From a virus, in IMG/VR virus record IMGVR_UViG_3300036766_000889: DNA of 64,000 nt; one strand, given 5' to 3'. Below the pieces are notes generated by a model, which was not told where the DNA came from, did not search any database, and saw only the letters and a list, made by a program, of their open reading frames with translations. Below, piece after piece: positions 18,464 to 28,603 of this stretch. The position numbers were made by a program, and so were the translations under genes. How positions within the stretch are numbered: the stretch's first letter is position 1; each line of letters opens with the position of its first letter.

Positions 18464-18998
18464 TGGAACACACATCAACCCACCCGTTTAGTTGCCCGGT
18501 GACTCCGGATTCGTTCTCTAACCGTAGTCCATCAAATCTATTTGTAGTTTCTTGTGCTGTCCATAACCCGGTCTTGTTTGACTGTGTTACGCCTGCCGTT
18601 GTCCATAATTTTTCATTTGCATGTAAGAATATGCGTACATGTTCCATTTCACCACGTGCTTTGGAACCAAGATGAATAATGTCGCCTAGCATTGGCGAAT
18701 TTTCGAAAACGAAACGCTTCCAAGCAGACAGCCTTTGTGCACCAGACACAATTTTTTCGATTTGGTTATTTGAATACTTTATCCCGCGATCTGGAACATC
18801 CCGACACAAGATCCTGCTATCTCTACACCCGAGTTCAAATAACACCCAATGACACAGTTCTGAGTCGGGGGAATGTCTTCTGTCAGACATTCTACCCTGA
18901 CACATAATCGAGTCGAACCAATCGTCACCTTCTGTCTTCGGCAGTACAGCCGTTAAAATTGTACTTATGGTAGTTCTTACGTCAACGTTCCGGTTCAT
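18432..18998 (-). CDS. hypothetical protein, possibly a degenerate NlpC/CHAP-like fold
   Basis: ELCHWVL..LGDII..EHVRIF spacing; weak. Confidence 0.45.
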   Translation of the reverse strand: MNRNVDVRTTISTILTAVLPKTEGDDWFDSIMCQGRMSDRRHSPDSELCHWVLFELGCRDSRILCRDVPDRGIKYSNNQIEKIVSGAQRLSAWKRFVFENSPMLGDIIHLGSKARGEMEHVRIFLHANEKLWTTAGVTQSNKTGLWTAQETTNRFDGLRLENESGVTGQLNGWVDVCSITYENFPRVQ

Positions 18999-19196
18999 AA
19001 CCGTGGTAGATCAATAAAAATAAATTGTAGCGGGTCAAGATGGACTACGAGAATCATTACGCCATTCAAGAAGCAAACAAAGCTCTCAATCGTGAAAAAG
19101 CTGATTCACGAATCGAAATCATGTTTTCTGTGATATTCATAGTTTCGATATTCATATTCATTGCTAACCTTTAGACTTCCCAGTGTATTATTAGTA

Positions 19197-19452
19197 GTGG
19201 GAGTGTTTTGGTTATCTTTCTGCGATCCTGACCTTCCAGAGGGTCAAAGATTTCTTGGCGTCGTAATTGTTCGTGCCAAGACTTTTGAAGATGCAGTTTT
19301 TATTTCATGGAAGCGGAAGATCAACCCGGGTGGTCAAATCGCTTTTTTTTCAAGTACCGACGGATAAATGTTACGCAATTAAACCAGGTGAAATGAATAG
19401 GCTTCTCTCTCGGGAGGAAGCATACCTGATCGATGCCCGTGCCCAAAATTGA
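19197..19452 (+). pseudogene. small phage protein split by a +1 frameshift in a T8 run
   Basis: GTG start; T8 at 19343-19350; removing one T joins ..NPGGQIAFF to QVPTDK..NRLLSREEA. Confidence 0.55.
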
Positions 19453-19517
19453 GTTACCATATATGTATGGTAAACAAGTTAACGCGTAAATTCATTTGAC
19501 TTGCGTGTACGGATGAC

Positions 19518-20459
19518 ATGGACACTCGAAAAGATGATCGCGCCCTTCGTCCCCTTACATTCTCTGATTTCCTCGGACAGGATGAAGCTAAGAGAAACCT
19601 TTCCACATTTGTGAAAGCCGCACGCTCACGCGGCGAACCTCTCGACCATCTGCTTTTAACCGGGAGACCAGGTCTCGGAAAAACTACTTTGGCGAACATT
19701 ATTGCCAACGAGATGGAGTCACGCATTGTCGTAATCAACGCTTCGACCGTTAAGGTAAAGGGTGATCTTGCCAGGGCAATCATCGAACTGAACAAGGGGG
19801 ACATCTTGTTCATCGATGAGATTCATTCGCTACGACTGGACATCGAAGAGCTTCTGTACACGGCCATGGAGGATTATAGGATCGATACGGCAACGCCGAA
19901 TGGTGCCGTTTCAATCAAGATTGCCCCATTCACTCTCATCGGGGCTACGACACGTGCAGGCGATCTATCACAACCTCTGCGCGATCGATTCGGTGAAATT
20001 ATTCAAATGAAGCCGTATACGAATCAGGAACTCACGATGATTGTTCTTCAGTCTGCACCAAAACTTGGACTGAAAGTCACTGAAGAAGGGGCTTACGTCA
20101 TCGGTTCGCGTTCACGCGGAACGCCGCGTGTTGCCAATCGTCTAACCAGGCGTGCTCGTGACTTTGCTTTTGAAGCTGGTCACGACATCCTCGATGGAGA
20201 CACTGCACTAGTCACGTGTAAACTTTTGGAAGTTGACGCGATGGGACTCGATAGCACTTCTCAAAAGTATCTGAGTTTGCTTTCGGAACGACAAACCCCT
20301 ATCGGGGTTGATGCCGTGGCGGCAATTCTTGGAGAGGCTCGGATCACGATTGAAGACGCAGTTGAGCCTTTCTTGATGTCTCAAGGTCTCATTGAGAGGA
20401 CTCCGAAGGGTCGAATGATTACTTCGGCGGGTGATAATCACGTTCGAGGAATAGTATGA
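19518..20459 (+). CDS. ruvB: Holliday junction branch migration helicase RuvB
   Basis: LRP..F.DFLGQ, GRPGLGKTT, FIDEIH, GATTR, LRDRFG, RGTPR, RTPKGR. Confidence 0.97.
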   Translation: MDTRKDDRALRPLTFSDFLGQDEAKRNLSTFVKAARSRGEPLDHLLLTGRPGLGKTTLANIIANEMESRIVVINASTVKVKGDLARAIIELNKGDILFIDEIHSLRLDIEELLYTAMEDYRIDTATPNGAVSIKIAPFTLIGATTRAGDLSQPLRDRFGEIIQMKPYTNQELTMIVLQSAPKLGLKVTEEGAYVIGSRSRGTPRVANRLTRRARDFAFEAGHDILDGDTALVTCKLLEVDAMGLDSTSQKYLSLLSERQTPIGVDAVAAILGEARITIEDAVEPFLMSQGLIERTPKGRMITSAGDNHVRGIV

Positions 20460-20710
20460 GTCAACGTGAGGTAAAAGGAAAGGAAGCTGCTTCTATCCTC
20501 AAGAATGGTGGAACGCTAGAGTCACTTGAAGATCCGAAAACCCCATGGACAAATGGTGTTACATGGAAACTTTCGGGTGGTTGCGTTTATCCATTTCGGT
20601 ATGGGAAAGTCGTCGGGTTTCTACCAACTTATGACCTTAACGAAATTAAGCAGGGCATACATACTCCGTTGGCTGTACACGAGGAATCAATGCCAAAGCG
20701 TGAATCTTGA
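20456..20710 (+). CDS. hypothetical protein
   Basis: ATGA overlap with ruvB. Confidence 0.55.
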   Translation: MSQREVKGKEAASILKNGGTLESLEDPKTPWTNGVTWKLSGGCVYPFRYGKVVGFLPTYDLNEIKQGIHTPLAVHEESMPKRES

Positions 20711-20758
20711 ATGCCATATCTGATCTCGTGAATTTGAGAGAAAAATTCGGAAGGCTAT

Positions 20759-21085
20759 TTGATCATGGATCATAAACTAACAATAGAAACGTTCACAGTG
20801 TCGTGGGTTCTCGGTGGTTACAAAGGGCAAGAAAAAAGTGACAGTTTTGTTTCCGCAACTGTTCGGTGTGAACCATCGGTAAGTCTCGAAGATTTTCAAC
20901 TTCTGCAAATCAAGGTAGCGATGAAGGTGTCAGTTGCCGTCATACATGACGCTCTCGCACGACAGGCAATTTCTGAAGATGAAGCAAGAGATCGATTGAA
21001 AGAAATCAAAGAAAACTTCAGTTCACTCAGTCAAGCAATGCTAGCAGCTCGGGAGAAAACTGATGTCACAGTCAGGTCTAAGTAG
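20759..21085 (+). CDS. hypothetical protein
   Basis: ORF in operon. Confidence 0.55.
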   Translation: MIMDHKLTIETFTVSWVLGGYKGQEKSDSFVSATVRCEPSVSLEDFQLLQIKVAMKVSVAVIHDALARQAISEDEARDRLKEIKENFSSLSQAMLAAREKTDVTVRSK

Positions 21086-21239
21086 TCTCAAGCCTTTGGA
21101 TCGTTCCAGAGAACAATTGTTTGAGGAACTCAAAAGAATTCTTGGGGATCTCCCTACGCGTCTTCCTGAGGCTGAAGTCGTTGAACTAGCTCGTGCAGCT
21201 TGGAAAGAAGCAGTGATCAATGACGTTTTAGATCGCTAG
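21063..21239 (+). CDS. 58-aa hypothetical protein (not in ORF track)
   Basis: MSQSGLSS...AWKEAVINDVLDR; GGAG upstream. Confidence 0.55.
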   Translation: MSQSGLSSLKPLDRSREQLFEELKRILGDLPTRLPEAEVVELARAAWKEAVINDVLDR

Positions 21240-21268
21240 TCCTTTTTATAGAACAGGTCCGGTATGCG

Positions 21269-21700
21269 ATGACTGAATTTACATCAAAATACAACCCGAA
21301 TGAGCGGGTGGCGAAGTGCCAAGATGATGACTCTTTTGAAATATCTAGGATTGAAGTAGAATTCGCCATTCCCGTCGTCATGACTCAAGATCAATATATG
21401 CGAATACTAGAAGTGATCAATGAGATCACTCATGCACCTTGGAACACACCGCTTGAAGGCGTGCACTGGATGTCCACGCAGGGATCCAAGCCTAATTGGT
21501 CGCAAGCGGATGCGGCGTTTTTGGGGAAAGTACCCGACATAAACGCACCTGAAAACGGGGAACCAACGTTTGATGACTCTGTTACGGTCATTGGAACTAG
21601 TGCACGTTCATTCTTGTCTGAGAAAGAGCGAACCGAAACTCTCATAAATAGAACTATCGCAATAAACCTCAACATTCCAAGCGCCAACAATGATGAGTGA
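21269..21700 (+). CDS. hypothetical protein
   Basis: ORF only. Confidence 0.55.
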   Translation: MTEFTSKYNPNERVAKCQDDDSFEISRIEVEFAIPVVMTQDQYMRILEVINEITHAPWNTPLEGVHWMSTQGSKPNWSQADAAFLGKVPDINAPENGEPTFDDSVTVIGTSARSFLSEKERTETLINRTIAINLNIPSANNDE

Positions 21701-21754
21701 ATAATAGTATAAGTGTACAATAAATTGGTTTCACAATACATGGATTGAAAGTAT

Positions 21755-22240
21755 ATGAACAAAAAATCAGATCTGAAAGAAACAATCGATAGAATTCGTG
21801 GATTAAAGTCACGTGGTCATGAATGTGAAGTTCAAGCAATGTACGAGGTAATCCTTCTTGAGAAGACCTCGGTTTTGTGGAAACAGTCTGGAACTCATGA
21901 CTTCGATTCTTTTCTTCGTGAAGAAAACGGTATCTGCACTCCGTCCAGGTTTAAAGCGTTCAAACGTTCAGTAGAATACTTCGACCAGGAAACCATTTAT
22001 CTTCTTGGTGTCCCTTGCATATGTCTCCTTGCTTCTCAAAATCAAGCCACGCGTAAGAAACTATTGGATCGTGCTTTGGACTTCCGTAAGAGGTTTAACT
22101 GTTTACCCAATTATCAATACTTCTCTCAGTTTTTACGAAAAGATCCAGTAGGTCCGACAAGAACAGAACTACTTCGATATATTGATGTATTACGTAATCA
22201 TATCAAAGAACTAGGCGGTCGAATTCCTGCAATGAAGTGA
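21755..22240 (+). CDS. hypothetical protein
   Basis: ORF only. Confidence 0.55.
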   Translation: MNKKSDLKETIDRIRGLKSRGHECEVQAMYEVILLEKTSVLWKQSGTHDFDSFLREENGICTPSRFKAFKRSVEYFDQETIYLLGVPCICLLASQNQATRKKLLDRALDFRKRFNCLPNYQYFSQFLRKDPVGPTRTELLRYIDVLRNHIKELGGRIPAMK

Positions 22241-22254
22241 GATAACAAACAGAC

Positions 22255-22935
22255 ATGAATAAAAACGATTTTAAATTTCTCTTGCAACTCTCTAATTACA
22301 TCGACCAGGGTTGCAAAATTTTGGTGACCAATCGTAACGGACTACTTCAGCATTTACAGGTTGTCCTTGAGGCTGCTAGTTTTGGTATGGAGATGGGAGT
22401 AGCTCTCCCGGAAACAACAGCAAAGAAAATCTTGGTGGTTGAAGGAAAAGACGTAAATCGTTCTAATCGTTCTAATCAACTGGAAATTGAGATAAAGAAA
22501 TTGCTAACTAAAAACGGCGAAATGCGTTTGGCTGAAATAACTGAATCTGTTAAACCGTTGTTGTCCGGTCTTTCCAATCAAGATAAATGCGTATGGATCG
22601 TTTTGTCACATGATTGTTTTGAGAAAGTACCGGATAAGCGAGGTTTTTATCGCCTTAAAGATACAAAGAAACCCGGAAAGAAACCCGGAAAGAAACCTAA
22701 GTCGAATTCCAAAACCAAAGTCAAAACACGTTCAAAGACTATTGTGGATGAGGCACAAAAAATTTTGAAAAAGAACGGTGACATGCGAATATCCGATATC
22801 GCGAGTGCACTTGGTCATTTGGTTTCTGATCTGTCCGACCCGATCCAAGCAGTATGGAAGGCTATAAAAAAGTCACCTCTTTTTGAGAGTGTTCCAGAAA
22901 AAACTGGTTTTTACCGTTTGGTTAAGGGTAAATAA
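22255..22935 (+). CDS. basic DNA-binding protein with two winged-helix-like repeats
   Basis: Two copies of L.KNG.MR...I.....L.S.LS.....VW......FE.VP.K.GFYRL. Confidence 0.7.
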   Translation: MNKNDFKFLLQLSNYIDQGCKILVTNRNGLLQHLQVVLEAASFGMEMGVALPETTAKKILVVEGKDVNRSNRSNQLEIEIKKLLTKNGEMRLAEITESVKPLLSGLSNQDKCVWIVLSHDCFEKVPDKRGFYRLKDTKKPGKKPGKKPKSNSKTKVKTRSKTIVDEAQKILKKNGDMRISDIASALGHLVSDLSDPIQAVWKAIKKSPLFESVPEKTGFYRLVKGK

Positions 22936-23079
22936 CCCACAAATCTGCGTCGCTGCATCTGCTCAAGCCCGGTGCTAAAGGCCCGTTCAAGTGATGATCA
23001 AACCGCACGAGCGAGTACACTTTCAAGCTCGTGTGGCACAACTAGAAGAACATCTTGGCTACAACATCGGTACTATGCG

Positions 23080-23502
23080 ATGAGCGACAACATCTATGTA
23101 GTCGGATTTGCCTTCAACTCTGAGCTTACAGATGTGGTACTGATCAAGAAGAACCGACCAGCATGGCAAGCTGGTAAACTGAATGGTGTTGGTGGTAAAG
23201 CACATCTTGGCGAAATGGCTATGTTTGCGATGAGCCGTGAGTTCAAAGAAGAGACTGGCGTATATGTAGCTCCCGTAAAGTGGGAGTGCTTTGCGACGCT
23301 CGAATCTTGTGTTCCAAGCCCTGATCAGACACGACCACTGCATAACATTATCAATTTCTTCAGAACAGAGCTGTCCGATTTGCGTATTGTAGAGACTATG
23401 ACAGATGAGTCTGTACAGACGTGTACAATCTCATGCTTATTCGAAAATCACGAGACGATCCCAGATTTACGTTGGTTGATTCCGATGGCCTTGAGAAAAT
23501 AG
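23080..23502 (+). CDS. Nudix hydrolase
   Basis: Nudix box GGK..LGE....AMSREFKEETG; start at MSDNIYVV. Confidence 0.88.
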   Translation: MSDNIYVVGFAFNSELTDVVLIKKNRPAWQAGKLNGVGGKAHLGEMAMFAMSREFKEETGVYVAPVKWECFATLESCVPSPDQTRPLHNIINFFRTELSDLRIVETMTDESVQTCTISCLFENHETIPDLRWLIPMALRK

Positions 23503-23503
23503 T

Positions 23504-23749
23504 ATGACCAAGCCCAAGCCTCATGAGCGAATACACTTTCAAGCTCGTGAAACTGATGCGGTATATCGCTCTCCAGATAAGAAACGGATTTCTTTACGTG
23601 GCATTGTAGGTTTTACAGGACCATTGCCTGTTAAAGATGTAAAAGACCTTACAGTATGTGGTTGTCTACAGGTGAAACATTTCACAACAAAACTCGACAC
23701 TCTAACATGTCCAACGTGTATCACTTACTATTTGAAGTTCATCGGATAG
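23504..23749 (+). CDS. small Zn-binding hypothetical protein
   Basis: VCG..TCPTC. Confidence 0.55.
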   Translation: MTKPKPHERIHFQARETDAVYRSPDKKRISLRGIVGFTGPLPVKDVKDLTVCGCLQVKHFTTKLDTLTCPTCITYYLKFIG

Positions 23750-23750
23750 T

Positions 23751-24005
23751 ATGCGTATGAGTGATCTCAGTAGTGGGAAGTGTAAGGACTGTGATAACTG
23801 GACAGAACATAGCGGCCGTAAACTTTGTTGTGAATGCCGCCGTCCAAAATTTATCATGACCGAATGCGCAGAAGCTGATTGTAAAGAACTTTTCAAGAAA
23901 CTTGGAAAGGCAAAATATTGTCTTATCCACCGAGTTCGACGAAACACACGTAAAGCCGGTGCACCGCCACACCCTCCGGGTATATGGAAAGGTAACTCAG
24001 TCTAA
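23751..24005 (+). CDS. small Cys-rich protein
   Basis: Multiple CxxC motifs. Confidence 0.55.
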   Translation: MRMSDLSSGKCKDCDNWTEHSGRKLCCECRRPKFIMTECAEADCKELFKKLGKAKYCLIHRVRRNTRKAGAPPHPPGIWKGNSV

Positions 24006-24027
24006 TGGCTCGAGTGTAGATTTGTTG

Positions 24028-24960
24028 ATGACGGATAAGGTAAGCGCTCAGAACGAAAAACTTGATCAGATGCTTGAAGAGGTCGCCGGTTATTCGGTAG
24101 AACTCGAAACTGATCCTACTCTCCCGCATCTCGGGAAAAGATATCTCCATGATGTCCTGTCGAAGTGTCGTAATTACACGAACAGGACACTATTCTATCT
24201 CCAGAACGTTATGCGTCAGGAGAAAGAACTAAAACGCGAGATCAAGCAATTGGAACTCGACCTTGAGTTCAAAATGAGTGAAAAACTCGCTGATGATGCT
24301 ATGGTACGGGCACAACCTTCAATTGAAGATCGGAAGGCTGTTGCGGCTTCATTCTTAAAAGATGAAAATATCGTACTGGCTCAGTTGAGAGTTGACCTTA
24401 TAGACGTTCAGGAAACGGCCAAAATCCTTAAAATGAGGTATAATGACCTACAACGGACTTCAAATGACATCAAACTTCAAAGAACGATAGTCAAAGATGA
24501 TGTCATCGGTCAAATGGACGGTGGTGGTGGGTTTGAAAAACCACAGTTAAACCAGGACAAGTCAGTCCGTGGTGGCCTTACTGCCCCGATTTCCATGAAA
24601 CCAGTAGACCCGAAAGACATTCTGGATCCGGCAAAACGACCGGCAGATATGCCGGAACCGAAAGACGAGTCTGATGCTGGACGAATAGCTGCATTTCTAA
24701 GTCGCCATCCTGAAAAAGACGCTGTCGACGAAAAAGTTGGTAAAGACGGTGGTGGTGTGGAATATTATACTGGGAAGCACTGTTTGATTTGTAAAAAACC
24801 CCAGTTCAACACTTATAGCGGAATAACCTGTGACCTCGGTCACGGTGGTGCGGAGTCTTTGGAGGATACTATGTCAACTGAGTCAAACCGAAAAACACCC
24901 ATTGCGTTTGATAATGTACCAGAGACTCTCTCTATTGATTATTCTTCGTTACTTGATTGA
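24028..24960 (+). CDS. coiled-coil protein, UvsY-like recombination mediator candidate
   Basis: Helical core (..SIEDRKAVA...KMRYNDLQRTSNDIK) next to SSB/RecA; start moved to MTDKVS. Confidence 0.5.
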   Translation: MTDKVSAQNEKLDQMLEEVAGYSVELETDPTLPHLGKRYLHDVLSKCRNYTNRTLFYLQNVMRQEKELKREIKQLELDLEFKMSEKLADDAMVRAQPSIEDRKAVAASFLKDENIVLAQLRVDLIDVQETAKILKMRYNDLQRTSNDIKLQRTIVKDDVIGQMDGGGGFEKPQLNQDKSVRGGLTAPISMKPVDPKDILDPAKRPADMPEPKDESDAGRIAAFLSRHPEKDAVDEKVGKDGGGVEYYTGKHCLICKKPQFNTYSGITCDLGHGGAESLEDTMSTESNRKTPIAFDNVPETLSIDYSSLLD

Positions 24961-25025
24961 CGTCAGGCACCGCAATGAATCTTTGAATATAGAATGATGT
25001 TCAATAGCAGCCGATTTCCGATCAA

Positions 25026-26564
25026 TCACGCCCTCCATACCCATCTTGTCTTGCCAACGTCCCAAATTTTTCGATAGCCATCAGATTCTCGGAGTTCAGA
25101 TTCAGTTCTTTTCTCACCCTTTGGTTTTCTAAGTCCAGATTTATGGAACCTATGGGTTCCCTTACACCAATAATAGTCAGGCTTGACGGTTCCATCATTG
25201 ACGAATCCTATAGTCTGATACGTGGAACCGGAAAAAAGTCTGTTATCTGAAAATGAGACTATGGACTCAGGTTTATATTCTAAAATGAACTTACCTAACA
25301 GTTTTGTCCATATGCCATGGACTCTGAAGTCTTGGTGACTCACCATCCGTACGAGTTCCCATTCGAATTTGGATTGCCTGGTTGGACGTTTGAATGAGAT
25401 ACATGATACAAGTTTATCTTCCAACAATACCCCATAATTGATTCGTGCGTTGCATGGACCTATATAGTGATATAAAGAATAAAACTCGTCGGCTTTCTGA
25501 TGAGTTATTGAACGTATTTCGCATTTCTTTGGTCTGATAGACTTAGGACTTTTCGCACCTAACCTATACTGTAATAAATTCTTTACACGATCATTTGCCT
25601 TCAGCCATTCGTCTTCAAACACCATGACATATTTTAAATCATGTTTTAATGCGTTTGTATATTTGATGAAATCACGATTTCCATCTTGATGCCATCTCAA
25701 CCCATTATACTCAATAACTACGTTTTTGGTTGGTATGAATATATCATACTTCAATTTGTTGACTTCATGCTCCATCTGCACTGATAACCCAAGTGACTCA
25801 ACAAAATCAGCAATACCCCGTTGTGCAGACGATGTTCTAAATGTTGTACATCCACATGTCAGAGATACTCCTTTTTTTATATCACCAAATCGCGGAGTGT
25901 ATTCAGACCCACACACGTAACACTGTGTTTTGAATGGTATGCCAGTGCTTATGATGTCTTCCATCGGGTAAATAAGCCCCTTCGGGAAATCATTTAAGCA
26001 TATAGGCGTTTTCAGTTTAAGCAGATCATCTTTATTTTTTGAATACCACGCTTGAGCTCTGTTCATGCACTTACCGCAACTCTTGGTATTTCCAGTAGTT
26101 ACATTCACTACTTTCGCCAATGTTTCTTGTCCACAGTCGCATATCCATTTAACTTTTATGTTAGACCCACTGCTTATTTCATGAGGATCCTTCATCCGAA
26201 GACGTCCATACTTTGCACATTTCCAGTCATCTATTGATATAATATTACATGATCCACATCGTGTCGTGTTCCCGTTAGTGACGTTATGAACTTTTGCTTT
26301 GAATGTTCTACCACAATCGCATATCCATTCAACTTTAGTGGATGATTTCTTGTGAGTGGCAAATGGATTCTTCATTCGAAGGCTTCCATAACTAGTTGAC
26401 GCCCAATGTTCCGCTTCCAGAACATTGCATCGCCCGCAGGTAGATGTCTTCCCGCTCATATACCTATACCATTTTTTTGTAGTGGTCTTACCACACGAAC
26501 ACACGAAATCAATTAGTTTATTTGACCCATATGAAAGTGACTGTTTTGATATCGGTGTCAACAT
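25026..26564 (-). mobile_element. homing-type endonuclease: CxCG Zn-ribbon repeats, PD-(D/E)xK domain, C-terminal GNAT/Hef-like domain
   Basis: Repeated W.CDCG..VT.G.T.SCG.C; KYDIF..IEYNG.RWH; WELVR..SFSDNR..GF; antisense inside the recombination cluster. Confidence 0.75.
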
Positions 26565-26664
26565 TTTTCACTGATTATATTGAACGATGAAACAAAACCA
26601 TTGTTTGAATGTACATTTCGTTAACAAATCGGCCGATAAGGCCACCAGTACAGGAGATAATAAT

Positions 26665-27564
26665 ATGTCTGACAACATTCTTGAATTCGGATTCGATGAC
26701 GCTAAAGTAATCAAGAACCAGGGCATTGAGCTTTTCAAACAAGCCAAAAAGGGCGAGAGGACACGCGTGAGTGTCATCTCGTTCAAGAAGTTTCACGACG
26801 TTGCCTTGGCTGATAAACAACGCGAAAAGCTTGGGCCGGATGGGAAGATGATCCCGCTCACGGATATGGAGAAATCTGGGTATATTCAAAAGGTTGATGC
26901 TGCGTTGGCTCAAAAACTCGGAAAGCCCGTTGATCAGCTTACCGATGTTGATCGTCTCGACATCAAATTTCCTCGTTTCAAGTACGCCTTCACGCATTAT
27001 GGTGACGGCGTCGGGACGATTCGTTGTCTCTCGAAGTACGAAGGTACCACATGCGTCAAGACCGAACTTTGCTGTGAAAAGTTTGGTGATGCCGAACAAA
27101 CAGTCGGAATGGTTGTCATGACATACCCGGTTGACGACAGTCTTCAAGTTGATGCCGACATGTTGAAGGCCAAGAAGTATACCGGAATCTACATCTGGAA
27201 GATGGGTTCCAAGAAGTTCAAGAAGTTCGAAACGGCGTACATCGACGCTCGTAACGACAAGCGTTTCGTTATTGACCTGTCGGTTGTCTTGGACGGAGAT
27301 CCGAAATATCAGGGTCAGGTGATCACCGCCATGTCGGGAGCTTACTGGGCGCGTGAAGGTGGCGATCCGGCAACGCGCCAGTGGGTACTTGAACAAGGTC
27401 TTCGTGCGTGGAAACACGTTGACAATAACCTCGGGTTCGAGATGACAAAGGACAAGCTAATTGAGAAGCTTGGTGGCGGCGGTGGTAGCCACGGCTCAAT
27501 TGGTTCCGGTGATTCAGGGGAATCACCTAAACTTATAAGCGACTACGGGTCATTGATTGACTAG
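26665..27564 (+). CDS. single-stranded DNA-binding protein (gp32-like)
   Basis: THY..RCL..CCE Zn site, aromatic core, Gly linker and acidic tail; AGGAG RBS; context. Confidence 0.6.
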   Translation: MSDNILEFGFDDAKVIKNQGIELFKQAKKGERTRVSVISFKKFHDVALADKQREKLGPDGKMIPLTDMEKSGYIQKVDAALAQKLGKPVDQLTDVDRLDIKFPRFKYAFTHYGDGVGTIRCLSKYEGTTCVKTELCCEKFGDAEQTVGMVVMTYPVDDSLQVDADMLKAKKYTGIYIWKMGSKKFKKFETAYIDARNDKRFVIDLSVVLDGDPKYQGQVITAMSGAYWAREGGDPATRQWVLEQGLRAWKHVDNNLGFEMTKDKLIEKLGGGGGSHGSIGSGDSGESPKLISDYGSLID

Positions 27565-27566
27565 CG

Positions 27567-27608
27567 CCCGGGAGATTGTCAGCCTGAAAAGGCTGTGATA
27601 GTCTCGGG
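27567..27608 (+). promoter_or_regulatory. long hairpin with GAAA tetraloop just upstream of the GIY-YIG start
   Basis: GAGATTGTC-AGCCT-GAAA-AGGCT-GT-GATAGTCTC (G-U pairs). Confidence 0.6.
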
Positions 27609-27610
27609 TA

Positions 27611-28573
27611 ATGGAAACAACCAACGAATTGATTGAGGCCACGGAGGAAACTCCAGTGGCCTCAATCGTGTATACGATCTATTGTCACATCCATGCTGAG
27701 TCTGGGCGTCGTTACATTGGTCAGACCAAGAAGACGTGGAAGACACGATGGAATCAACATGTATATAAATCAAAGAATCACAAGCTTGGAAAGAGATCGC
27801 ATTTCTGGAGCGCAGTCCATAAATATGGCCCTGACGCTTTCGACCATGAAATTCTTGAAACGTGTTCAACTCTTGAAGAAGCAAATGCTGCAGAACAGAA
27901 ATGGATTATTCACTTTCGATCAAATGAGACTGAGTTCGGATTTAACCTTATACGTGGTGGCTCTCATATCCCACATTCTATTACCAATCCGTGGGATCGT
28001 CCTGGATACCGTGAACGTAATATGGCAGCATCCAAAGCTGCTCTCAACACTCGTGAATCACGAATGAGAAGAAGTGCAGCATCTAAGAAAATGTGGGCTG
28101 ACCCTGAATTTCGAGAAAAAAACATCGCTGCAGTCAAAGAATCACATGCACGCCCGGAGGTTCGTGCTCGGTTGTCTGCCGCTCAAACTGGCAAAGTATT
28201 ATCTGCAGAACATCGCGCTAAAATTTCGGCCAATGATGCTTCAAGACGTCCTGAAGTGCGAAAAAAGTTATCTGAATCAACCAAGCGGGTTATGTCGGAT
28301 CCAGCGTTCCGTGAAAAATTTGCGGCTAATTTTAGAGGAAAGAAACATTCTGAGGAAACTCGAGCAAAAATTATTGCAGCTGGGACCGGTCGCATTTTAT
28401 CTGAAGAGACGCGTAAAAAAATCGCGTCTTCCATAAAAAACCGTCCCAGACCGACTCATTGTCGGAAAGGCCATCAATTTGACGGCTTTCGTAAAGATGG
28501 ACGCACTTTATGTAGAAAATGCAGGAACGAAAGACAGAACCAAAAACGAAGATATCGCGTTATTGAAATCTAA
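27611..28573 (+). mobile_element. GIY-YIG homing endonuclease (Seg-like) with NUMOD3 repeats
   Basis: TIY..RYIGQT..RW..H; E..W; GFN; repeated HSEETRAKI. Confidence 0.88.
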
Positions 28574-28603
28574 GTATATATTTTACCGGAGTCTATTCAA
28601 ACG

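Noticed and set aside
23027-23070. Possible tRNA-Arg 5'-half remnant (GCTCGTGTGGCACAACTAGAAGAACATCTTGGCTACAAC)
   Set aside because: D and anticodon stems do not pair; no T-arm or 3' acceptor strand; not callable
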